DNA of 63,147 bases, the filler included, from Octopus bimaculoides (lineage: Eukaryota): NCBI RefSeq assembly GCF_001194135.2. It is 5 parts of 4 records of this genome, joined end to end, with 100 filler letters (N's around TTAATTAATTAA, not from the genome) between each part and the next. Parts side by side here need not be neighbours in the genome. Positions count along the whole stretch, not along the records: positions 12,415 to 31,655 come from NC_068997.1; 4 more parts are not named here. One strand, given 5' to 3'. Positions 13,621 through 24,228 of the stretch are shown here, piece by piece. The notes below the pieces were generated by a model that ran no database searches, was not told the origin of the DNA, and was given only the letters and a program-made list of their open reading frames with translations. Numbering within the stretch: position 1 is the first letter of the stretch; each line of letters begins with the position of its first letter. Both the position numbers and the translations under genes were made by a program.

Positions 13621-14869
13621 ATCTATTTAGCATTTGCTAATTCTTCATTTCAATACGAATTGTTTTGATTGGCTAAAACTTAGTATTTCAATTTGTTGTT
13701 TTAATTCCCTAGCGTTTCAGATTTTAAATAGGGATGTGCATTTTATTTCTCAAGCATTTTCTATTCAGCATTTCATGCATAACCATAGATATACTTTTTG
13801 ACAATCAAACGACATTTATACAAGCTACTACTTATATACAAGATTTAATATATTAGTACACCCGCTTCTTAAATTGCGAATACTTTAGAGTTCAGATTTG
13901 AGTTAAGTTACCACATGAACTTTAACTCTTGTAGAGGGTTCAGGATCTTATATCAGTCTTTTAAGACAGTGGATATTCTCACGTGAGCCTCAACTTACTT
14001 AAAAAGTCAGGACGTCTTCTCCACCATATCACTCATGCAGAAAGGGATTGTAGTTCTCAGATTGGATAATCCGTGTTATTTTGTCAAAACCTGAAACAAA
14101 TGGATTTAGCACCCTAACTTGAGTGGATTTCGTACACGGAAACCGAAAGAAAACTATCGTATATATGTTTATATTTCTCTGTGTGTGTGTCTGTACCCCC
14201 ACCATTGCTTGACAACCGATGTTGCTGTGTTTACGTTCCCATAACTTAGAGGTTCCGCAAAAGACACTGATAGAAGTACTAGACTTACAAAGAATAAATC
14301 CATGGCGGCAATCACATGACTGAAATAAGTAAAACAATAAAATACGATGCCATTTTAATCCCGAGCAAGGCCAGGTATCTCTCTGCTGGTTTTTTGATAA
14401 CATTAACCTGAATTGCGCTTTTTTCATGCAATAATCACAAATTGCAATATTAGCTCAATTGTGTTTCATTCTTTTCTACTTTTAAATATCATTGATACAT
14501 CAGAAATCCTTTAGTTTCCAACAGCTTATATTTGGGGATCTGGGCTCTTTTTTTTTATTTATTTTGTTTTTTGCATTTCTTTTAGTCACAGCTTGAATGT
14601 TTTACGAATTCTAAAATTGAATAGTAATGTAAATACTAAAAATAGTCGGTTGCATTTCATCATAATTACCCAACAGTACTCCTGTTGGTTTCATTTGTTG
14701 ACACTTCTGTGTGTTTCTTGTCAGATTGTCGATACAATGTACACAACATAAATTCTAAAATAAAATAAGAAAAATTAATAGGAATTCGAAGATTTATCAG
14801 TTTTTCGTCTTTTTTTTTTTATTACCTGACACAAAGAAAACTTAACTTTCTCCACTCTCGATTTATTTA

Positions 14870-15330
14870 TAAGCTTTGAGAACAGCAGCTGTCACAAATT
14901 AAGTTCTGCGGCAAACATTTGAAAGGGAAGTGATGCAGTGCTGCGCTGGGTTGGTTTTCTTTGGCGTTTTGCGACGAGGGCCAAGATATCTTCTTTCTCG
15001 TGTTGTTTGACTGTTCCCCATACTGTTTCCCAAACTGTTCTGTCCGCACCTAACTTTCCCCAAGTCTTCGCATCGATGCAGCACTTGGTCAGGCTACTCT
15101 CACATGTGTCCTTAAATCTCAGCTTTGGAAATTTTGGATCTGCCACCCAAAGCCAACTCAACATATAGGAAGCGTTTGGAAATTCTCTTGTCATCCATGC
15201 GCTTCACATTTCCAAGCGATTTTAAGCTCCTTTTCTACAGAATTCTTGTCATGCTTGGAAGTACTGCCTGTTTTAAGACTTCTATGTTGGATACTTCATT
15301 TTGTCACATAAAGCTTTGGATCTTGCGCAG
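14870..15330 (-). mobile_element. RTE-clade LINE 3' coding remnant
   Basis: Minus-strand remnants resembling RLRWLGHVxRMDDxRIPK and a terminal Cys-containing segment (CxxC-like); frameshifted. Confidence 0.7.
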
Positions 15331-16320
15331 GCATATACACGAATATATACGTAATTACGCATAAACATGTATATACTCGCATATACGTGTATACGCGTAT
15401 ATATACTTCTATACGTATATATGCATATACGTGTATTTACGGATATCTACGTATATATGCGTATATATATGTATATATATGCGTATATATATGTATATAT
15501 ANNNNNNNNNNNNNNNNNNNNNNNNNNNNNNNNNNNNNNNNNNNNNNNNNNNNNNNNNNNNNNNNNNNNNNNNNNNNNNNNNNNNNNNNNNNNNNNNNNN
15601 NAAAAGAGTGCTCAAATACCAGAGGTAGAGTAATATGCTTTATTTAAAAGCGGCAGAAATGTAACAAAAGACTTACTCAGAGTTTCACGTTCCCTTTCAT
15701 CGGACAGTTTTGTTAGATAAACGGGAACGAGAAACAGTCTTTTGTTATATTTCTGCTGCTTCTAAATAAAGTATATATATATAAGTATATATATATATAC
15801 GTGTATATTTACATGTACATACGTGTATACATATATATATACACGTGTGTATACGTACCATCATCATCGTTTAACGTCCGCTTTCCATGCTAGCATGGGT
15901 TGGACGATTTGACTGAGGACTGGTGAAACCGGATGGCAACACCAGGCTCCAATCGAAATTTGGCACGCATATACATATATACGTGTATATACGTATGCAT
16001 ATGCGTATAAACATATACGTATATCTACGTGTGTATATATACTTATATAAACGTATATAGATATTGATCTTGGCCATATGGCCGAACGTATGTGTATGTA
16101 TATATGTACGTATATATGTATATATACAAATATATTCGCATATACATGCATATTCACGTATATATATGTATTTATATATATACGCATATATGCTATATAT
16201 GCGTATATACGTATATAATATATGTATATATGCCTATATACGTATATATACGTTTACATATGTATGAATATACGTATGTAGGTATATATATACGTATGCG
16301 CAAGTATATATACGTATAAG
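15330..16320. repeat. Degenerate purine-pyrimidine alternating repeat (ATATACGT-like) interrupted by a gap, an inverted repeat and an RTE tail
   Basis: Runs of tatacgtatatgc variants. Confidence 0.8.
15666..15711 (-). ncRNA. Minimal hammerhead-like motif (U4C variant) inside a 40-bp inverted repeat
   Basis: Minus strand: aactgt-CCGATGA-aagggaacgt-GAA-ACTC-T-GAGT-A-agtc; palindromic helix III and GUA triplet. Confidence 0.55.
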
Positions 16321-16441
16321 CAGCACAAGGCCTAGGGAGGTTTACCCATCATTTTTTCAGTATGAGGGGTTTTGTGCATTTTACCAAAGGATTAATAAAT
16401 GAGTAAACAATGGCAGAAACTAATCGAAAAGATAATTTTCA

Positions 16442-16447
16442 TTTATT
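16442..16447 (-). terminator. Candidate polyadenylation signal of MARS1
   Basis: AATAAA on the minus strand about 105 nt downstream of the stop codon. Confidence 0.5.
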
Positions 16448-16550
16448 GATGGGATCACTTTGTTTTTTGTCATTAAGTAGTTTGATAAAACCAAAATAGT
16501 TTAGTCAAATGATACACTATTTGGAAAAATTGTGGCTTCCAAGTAACTGA

Positions 16551-16712
16551 TCACTTCTTTTTGTTTTTCTTTTTATTCCCAACACCAAGAGAAGCTGGAT
16601 CAACTCCTTGCTTCAGAGCAAGTTGGCGCTTTAATTCTAACAGCTCAGCAACTTCACCATCAATGACACTTTTCTCAGCTTTATTGGCTTTCAGTTCCCG
16701 CACTTTGAGACC
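16551..16712 (-). CDS. MARS1: Methionyl-tRNA synthetase, terminal exon (WHEP-TRS domain, Lys-rich tail, TGA)
   Basis: Acceptor tattttag; 162 nt; GLKVRELKANKAEKSVIDGEVAELLELKRQLALKQGVDPASLGVGNKKKNKKK*, matching the WHEP consensus GxxVRxLKxxKAxKxxIxxxVxxLLxLK. The ten exons total 1182 nt = 394 codons with no internal stop. Confidence 0.95.
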   Translation of the reverse strand, partial: GLKVRELKANKAEKSVIDGEVAELLELKRQLALKQGVDPASLGVGNKKKNKKK

Positions 16713-18049
16713 CTAAAATACAAATTGACGTCATTCAAAATTAAAACATGAACACATTTCAATTTTTAACTAAATTCACAACAAAAACTATGCTTCTGTG
16801 AGAGTATGGTTTTATTCTTTGATTGGTTTCAGTCAGAAACCTATGTCTTGGGGCTCTGCCTTCATGGATTTCAAGTGATTACTTTCAACCTTAATCCCTT
16901 TCCTCAGAATGGTATTTAGTTTACAGATTCCAGTTTTTCGAATGACTAAAGGCACTTTTGGCAGACATACAGTGGCACACTAGTAAACAAACAAACATAC
17001 ATCATATGAGGGCACATGGCCAAGTGGTTAGTGTTGTACTTGTGATTGCAAGACCGTGATTTCAATTCCTAGACCAGGTGGTACATTGTGTTCTTAAGCC
17101 AAACACTTCATCTTGCATTGCTCTACAGTCACTTTTAACACCTGTTCAGACTTTAATGGAGAGAGTGGGCCAATGTATGGCACAAGCATTTCATCTCGCT
17201 ATAACAAACAAAATCATTTGTGCGGGTCATTCGACAAAAGCCAAATGCTCATACATTGTCTTCAATGGAAGAGTCCATCATAGATAAAGATCCAATGATC
17301 TAAGTGTAGAAAGCTTCAAGATAGTCCATGATAAGTATAAGAAATATAATTAAGGTATCCTCGGCCAGGTGAGTAGCTAGCTGATTACCCCTCATTCAGT
17401 AATTATTACATCAGAGGATCTGCCAGCTAAGAAATGTGTATGTGTAAGCTTCTGCAGTTTTTGTTAACCAAATATCATGCCCAAGGCTTTGATCAATCTG
17501 TGGCTACGATAGTAATCATTAGCCCAAAGTGCAACTCAGCAGCACTCAGACTGGGACCATGTGCTTGTGAAACAAATTAGTCACAGACTTTGTTTGTGTC
17601 TAAGTTTAAACAAACAGGCCAGAAACATGTTACTATATTTAAAATTATTCTATACTTAAAACAGGTTTCTATATTCAAAACCATATTTCTATATTTAAAA
17701 CGCGTTTCTGTATCTAACTCTTTACCATTCAAATTGGTCATATTCAGCCAACTTATTTCTGTTTAAAACTTAGTAATAAAAGTTTGTTTTGAAAAGAGCT
17801 CATTTGCTTTAAAAAAGATTGACTCCGCAATACTTACAACTCCCAGGTGCACACCTGTGCATCATTACTCGACCTACAAGAAATAGCAGCCCAATCTCCT
17901 TCAAACCACATCTTACTATGTTCAAAAGAATCATATCTGAAAAGGTGGGATAATCATGGCTGGAATGTCTTTGATCAAAGACCAACTAATCTGGATCTAA
18001 ACAACAATATGCTCAGTAATTAAGATTACAAAAGTTTAAAATCGATTAC

Positions 18050-18127
18050 CTGTTCTGTTACTAACTGGTTTAAACTTTCTACGTCTGCTTCTGAACCAAG
18101 TGTTGCAGCTGCAGCAGTTTGGTTGGT
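18050..18127 (-). CDS. MARS1: Methionyl-tRNA synthetase, visible exon 9 (linker and start of WHEP)
   Basis: Acceptor cttgtttttag, donor gtaatc; 78 nt, phase 0-0; TNQTAAAATLGSEADVESLNQLVTEQ, leading into the WHEP Q-G motif. Confidence 0.85.
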
Positions 18128-18307
18128 CTAAAAACAAGAAACAAAATAAATCTTTTAAGGGTCAAAATAAACCTACTGTATACCACAGCTACAGGGCATA
18201 GTTGTGTGATGTTTGCTTCCCAGCCACATGGTTCAGTTCCACTATGTGGCACCTCAGGCTGACCAAAGCCGTGTCAGTGGATAGAAACTGAGAGAAGCCT
18301 GTCATGA

Positions 18308-18339
<32 letters not shown>

Positions 18340-18383
18340 GACAACACCCAAGGTTTCGCATCCACTGCTCATCAGACTACATA
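18340..18383 (-). ncRNA. Decayed hammerhead-like motif at the Penelope-like terminus
   Basis: CTGATGA-GCA-gtgga-TGC-GAA-ACC-ttg-GGT-G; intact core and helix II, non-cleavable G at position 17. Confidence 0.5.
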
Positions 18384-19125
18384 AATACAAAATTTAAAAT
18401 ATCTACATCACAGACATGATGAAACACTCAGAACTTGAGGAATACATCTTATGATGGGAGATCCAATTTTCCAGTAAGTAACGCTTGAAATGAATACATT
18501 TAGAAAACACTTCTTTATGGCGCCAGGTTTCTAATAGTCCTAAAGAATTTTGGCTCTCTCCGTAATGCAGGTCTTGCAATTGCGACTTCACATTAATATA
18601 CGGGTCCAGATGATCAATTAATTTCCACCTGATGTCACACGGGGTCCGTTGATCTTTGAGGTGCCATACATGGGACAAACCATCTTTCTGGGACTCTGAA
18701 GGATGACTGGTGGTTAAGAAAACGTTGCTTGAACAAAGTACTCGCAGAACCAATACATTTACACACATGGGATGTGGCCCTATTCGTACCCCTGGTATCA
18801 TATGGCACAGGGCTGGTCATCTCATCGGTGTCAAAGATAAATATTTGGTCATCTTCTGAGGTGGCGGAACTGGGAATGGCGGATACCTCTTCCAAGTCGC
18901 TGGTCCTAGATAGGTCATTATTTCTAGGTGTGGCGTTTGTACTGGCAGTAACATACATTGTGGACCTGGTTACTTTATCTGTATCTATGGTTTGTTCATT
19001 ATCCATGGCAGTGGTACCAGGGTCTTTGGTGATGCTCGTCCCGGACTGGTTATTATCTCTGGGTGTGGCAATTGTATTAGTGTGAGAACTGGTTAATCCA
19101 TTAATAATATTACTGTTATTGCAAA
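18340..19125 (-). mobile_element. Penelope-like element 3' part: GIY-YIG endonuclease remnant plus terminal hammerhead-like motif
   Basis: CIGSASTLFKQRFLNHQSSF (YIG...FKxRxxxHxxSF), LSHVWHLKD, IRWKLI, FSKCIH; ends with CTGATGA-GCAgtggaTGC-GAAAC. Confidence 0.8.
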
Positions 19126-19279
19126 GCACCTTTCAAGCACTGGGCCTCATAGAGGCAAGCAACTGGCACCTGTACCGGTGGCACATAAAAGCACCTATTA
19201 CACTCTCAGAGTGGTTGGCATGTTAGGAAGAACATCCAGCTGTAGAAACCATCCCAAATCAGACTGGCAGCTAGACTTG

Positions 19280-20520
19280 AATCCTTTAGTTATGACTGGG
19301 AGGCCAATGATAAATATAGGAAGGGGCTGAGAACTGAGTCCTGGTGAATATCAATTGTACACTTAATTTATCACAGTGTCCTTATTGACAGCACCCCTGT
19401 ACATGACCTGTACAGTTTTCACAAGCCATTCATCTATCCTTAGCTTCAGAGAACACAATATGACAGAGCGAGTTGACAGCTTTCTCCAATTAAACAATTG
19501 CCTAGTAAAATGGTTTATTCTTAGCTAGATACTTCTCCTGCAATAATTGTCTGACTGACAGCATCAGTAGTACTTCTATACCCAGCACAAAACAACCAAA
19601 GTGCATCTCATCTGCTCTAATTTTGTTTCTAATTTATTGGCTTATAACTTTCTCTGTAACATTTATGGCCTGGACCAGCAATTTCATAACTCTGCAGTTA
19701 TTTCTGTTATTGACCCAGAAGTCTGATGCAGGCTTCTGCCTGGCTGGCTCCTGTCAAACTGTCCCACCCATGCCAGCATGGAAGGCAGACATTAAATGAT
19801 GATGACTGACTCTTGTAACAGTTGACTATAATGCTGCCATGACACCTTCCTAAATAACCTGATTAACTACATAAGTCACAAGTGACTATATCCTGTTCTA
19901 CCAAATATTTAAAGTATCCCAGTAGTAATTCCTGATGGGCCAGGGGCTTTCTCTGTCTTCATATCCTTAATTGCCTTATCTATCATACTGCTGTCAACTA
20001 GCACAGTTTGTCCCTCTGTTGGGTTCACATTGGGAAGATTTCATTTTTTTCCCCCATGCATTCTCTACATTCAATAGCTTTTCATAATAGCACTTCCATA
20101 CCTTTTTCTTATCAGTCACTAATTGCAAGCATACCATCATTAGCCATCTATACATACTTCTCACCCACATCATCTTAATTCTCTCTGAGACACTGTCTAG
20201 CAATGTGCAACACCTCTCATCTCTGATCCTCATACTGTAAAACATTGGCGGACACCTCTTCCTTTCTGCTTCTGTTCTTGCTACATAAACGCGTTGCTTA
20301 TTCGTTTCAGCCATTAGACTATGGCTATGCTAAAGTATTACTTTTGTGGGTTTTAGTCCATTATAAGCATAAGTTAATTCATTCTCTTCTTACCAAAACT
20401 CTGACTATCTAACTTTCCTATCACTCTCCAAACCCAAGTTCTATTCCAGTCCATCGCACTGCTTCACCTCCTCCACCTAGAATGGATGGTGGTCCTGCAA
20501 GACAACCATTCCTCTATCTC
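19280..20520 (-). mobile_element. RTE-clade LINE fragments (endonuclease-RT linker and RT), interleaved with plus-strand RTE tail pieces at about 19131-19270 and 19730-19805
   Basis: KKVWKCYYEKLLNVENAW, KAPGPSGIT and LQEKYLAKNKP remnants; boundaries approximate. Confidence 0.75.
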
Positions 20521-20628
20521 CAAATTTTGTAATGAGATCATCAAATAAACAAGTCGTAGAAGAAAGGAGTAAAAGTTGTTTTGCAGAGAAACAGAGAAAT
20601 CCTTAGAAACACAAAAAGAATTACTAAC

Positions 20629-20721
20629 TTTGTTTGATGCTGCTGTCGTCAGTGTTGAAGAAAACTTTTTCTTCAGTTCTTGGATGAAGTCATATTCTAA
20701 CTTTTGAAATAATGGCTTTGG
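20629..20721 (-). CDS. MARS1: Methionyl-tRNA synthetase, visible exon 8
   Basis: Acceptor ttttaacag, donor gttagt; 93 nt, phase 0-0; PKPLFQKLEYDFIQELKKKFSSTLTTAASNK, containing the PLFxK motif that ends the MetRS core. Confidence 0.92.
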
Positions 20722-21089
20722 CTGTTAAAAAAAAAAAGGTAAATTTTAGTTTATTTAATATGAACACAACCAACAGGTGTCAATATCAATATTTTTATAG
20801 TTGACAATTAAAAAAAAATGCATTCAAATAAAAGACAATTTGGAACATTGGCAACATAAACAATACGGTGGCTACTAAAAATCAATAAAAATTCCTTTGA
20901 CTCAGAAATGCATTGATTTTTATCCAGTTCTAGTCTTCATAAAATTAATATAACTTCACCTGCAACACATGGCATTAATATAACCAGCTTTTACAGCTCC
21001 AAATCAAAGTTTTACTAAACCAATAATAAAATAAAAGATATATCACTTGGACTCTCAGAAGTTTATTGCAAAATGTTAATAATACCTAC

Positions 21090-21273
21090 CTTACCAATTT
21101 TATGTCCAGCTGATAAATAACAGGAAAAATTATTAAGAATCACGTTTTTCTCAGGAGGAAATTGCATTTGTAATTGAATAGTGGCACTTGTCTGAGGCAT
21201 AAAGGGTTGCAGTAGCACTGATAACAGAGCTGCAATATTGCTAGATAAACTGACAATTGTGCCAGCACGTTGC
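21090..21273 (-). CDS. MARS1: Methionyl-tRNA synthetase, visible exon 7
   Basis: Acceptor tcttacag, donor gtaggt; 184 nt; (K)[61 protein letters not shown], containing the LxPFMP motif. Confidence 0.95.
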
Positions 21274-23263
21274 CTGTAAGAAAAAAATAAAGTTTGATTA
21301 CTGAGGTAAAACTAAATAACAGTAATAATGTTGTTTTACTTTGCATTCTATTTGAAAACAGCCCTAAACAATCTGATTAAACAAGTTTCACAAAAAATAA
21401 GACAACTGTCATCATCATTTAATGTCCACCTACCATGCTGCCATGGGTTGGATGGTCAAGCAGGAGACTGCACCAGACTTCTGTCCATTTTGGCACGGTT
21501 TTTATGGTTGGATGCCCTTCCTTACACCAACAACACCCAGCAGAGTGGACTGTAAGAGGAAATATTAGGGACTGGCTTGTGAATGCCATACAAGGGAACT
21601 GTCAGCCATGAGTACAGGTAAAAAGTTCATCATAGTTTAGTACTTGTTCTCCCATTATTTATGATAATCTTCCAGCTCATCATTTAACGTCCACTTTCCA
21701 TGCTGGCATGGGTTGGACTGTTTGACTGAAAACTGGTAAGCAAGCACAGTATATCGCCAAAGGTCTTGGTCACCTGTCACTGCCTCCATGAGGCCCAACA
21801 CTTGAATGGTGCTTTTTACATGCCACTGGCACAGGTGCCAGTCAGACGGCACTTGATCAGCCATGACTACAATTTCACTCAGCTTCACAGGACTTCACAA
21901 GCACAGCATATCGCCCAATGTTTGACGGATGCTTTTAGTGTGCCAGTTACACAGCGCTGGCATCAGCCATGACAAACAATCTCACTTGGCTTGATGGCCA
22001 TAACAGAGGCATTTCAGGGCAGCTACCCTTGGGAACTACTAAATGCTGATGAGCTTATTCTTATACTAGAATTTTTAACAGACTTAGAAAATAAATTCCA
22101 GGTTTGGAAGCAAAACCTTAGTCTGAAGGGCCTTAAAAATTAACCTAGAAAAGAGCAAAATTGTAGTAAGCAAGAAGACAGGGTTCTTTCCCCTTCAGGT
22201 AAGTAGCCAGACTCAATAAGAAAGCTGTAGAAAGGAGAGATGTAAATAAACAGAAGCAAGCATGGCTGTGTGGCAAGAAGCATACTTCCCAACCACATGG
22301 TTCCTGGTTCAGTCCCACTGCATGGCACCTTTAGCCTCAGGTCAACCAAAACCTTGTGAGTGGATTTGGTAGATGGAAATTGAAAGAAGCCTGTTGTATG
22401 TGTATATATGTACTAAATGATAAAGATCCTTCCCAAATTAATGTCCTGGTATCCGTGGCGTATATATTCCCCTTTTGGACAAGACACTGGTCTGTCGCAG
22501 GATTCCTCATTTTTGCCAGCTGAGTGAACTGGAACAACACGAGATAAAGTGTTTTGCTCAAGAACACAACACATCGCCCAGTCCAAGAATCGAAACCACA
22601 ATCTTACAATCATGAGTTCAACACTCTAACCACTAAACTACACAGCTCTATGTATGTACGTGTATGTATGTATTTATGTTTATGCTTGTTCCCAGACACT
22701 GCTTGATAACTGGTGTTGGCGTATTTACATCCCTGTAACTTAGCAGTTCAGCAAAAGGGACTGACAGAATAAGTACCAAGTTTTTACAAAAAAGGTACTG
22801 GGATCGATTTGTTTGACTAAAATTCTTCAATGTAGAGTCCCAGTATGGCCACAGTCAAGTGACTGGAAGAAACAGAAAAAAAATATAATAAATATCATTA
22901 CTGCTCAAGTGGTGTTAATATGAAGACATACAAACACACACAGACACTCTCCCTCTCTTATGTGTGCATGCACACACACACACACTCACCATAAGCTTCC
23001 ATAAAATTTTTATCAATCAACATCTATTCACAAGGCATTGATCAGCCTGAGAGGCTTTAGAAGAACCAAGATTCCATGCAGTGAGGTCAAACATGAAACA
23101 AAAGGGCGGCCGTACCTGCAACGTTAATACATTTAAAGCCCCAGCAGTCATTCTTTTAACTTCAAATTGATGTAAATATAGAAGATAAAATTTCTGGAAA
23201 TGTTTACATGAATTTCTGAAAAATAAATATTTATAAGAAATTTGTGAGTAATGAATGACTTAC

Positions 23264-23368
23264 TTCTCCTCATTGGTCCCTTTCACTAAAACCCAAGGTT
23301 TGTGCATCTGCATATACTGGTTACCAAGAGTGGACATTTCAAGCAAGATTCGAAGACTATCACGCATT
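23264..23368 (-). CDS. MARS1: Methionyl-tRNA synthetase, visible exon 6
   Basis: Acceptor aatttcag, donor gtaagt; 105 nt; (K)MRDSLRILLEMSTLGNQYMQMHKPWVLVKGTNEE(K), containing the GNQYxxxxxPW motif of the anticodon domain. Confidence 0.95.
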
Positions 23369-23797
23369 CTGAAATTTAACAAATAAGAGGAGCAAAGTTT
23401 TAGTATTTCCAGCTGTCAATTTACTTAATATTGTTAAGTAGACAGGCTTACTGCTGTGTTTCTATAGTGCTAACAATATCAGGCCTGGGCCCCTGCGTCT
23501 GATTTTACCCTTCACCTGGTGAGTTGTAACAGTAATTACAAAGGGACCAGCAGCCTTGTCACGCTGAATCTCCCAAAGAACTACATTACGGATACACGTG
23601 TCTGTGGAGTACTCAGCCATTTGCACATTGACAAGTAGGCTGTTCTGTCGATCAGCTGGAACACTCATCATCATAATTGACGGAGAGGCAGTCAAATTTA
23701 ATAGAGTTTACCACAATAAGAAACAGAGATGAAAGCAACTGCTGCAAAGGTTACACAGGCAAGAAAAATGAGGACTGAAAAGAAAACAGCAACTTAC

Positions 23798-23929
23798 TTG
23801 GTACATTCCATGTTTTCTATATAACGATGCAAAAGCTTGTTAATTTGAGCAATGAGTTTTTCATCTCCCTCAGTTAGGTCCATAGCCTGAATTGTCTGTT
23901 GAAAACTGTTACTGACAAACATCAAGGCT
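23798..23929 (-). CDS. MARS1: Methionyl-tRNA synthetase, visible exon 5
   Basis: Acceptor ttttgtag, donor gtaagt; 132 nt; (R)ALMFVSNSFQQTIQAMDLTEGDEKLIAQINKLLHRYIENMECT(K); in frame with both neighbours. Confidence 0.92.
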
Positions 23930-24148
23930 CTACAAAACAATTAGATTTTCTTCATAGAATGAAAAGTATTTAGAAACTGTTGAAACAAGAAAACTATTAA
24001 AATCTAGGATATAATTTAGCAGACAAGAAATAATACCAAGTTAAGGAAAACTCTAACAGAATTTAACTAAATTCTGCTTTCTATAGAAATATTTAACAAT
24101 TATCTAATTAAAAATGATTCTTACTGGAAGAGAGAGAGAGAGATTTAC

Positions 24149-24228
24149 CGATTAATAAAGTTTCCTATGTTGTTAAGTAATTCACAATTGTTCTTCAATT
24201 GGAAGTCATCCCAAGAAAATGCAGTATC
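24149..24228 (-). CDS. MARS1: Methionyl-tRNA synthetase, visible exon 4 (start of anticodon-binding domain)
   Basis: Acceptor tttttag, donor gtaaat; 80 nt; DTAFSWDDFQLKNNCELLNNIGNFIN(R). Confidence 0.95.

Noticed and set aside
24184-24186. Cys in KNNCELL, where I recall Ser in human MARS1, as an S-nitrosylation link to NOS
   Set aside because: A single conservative substitution, and the gene adjacency may be artefactual; no supporting evidence.
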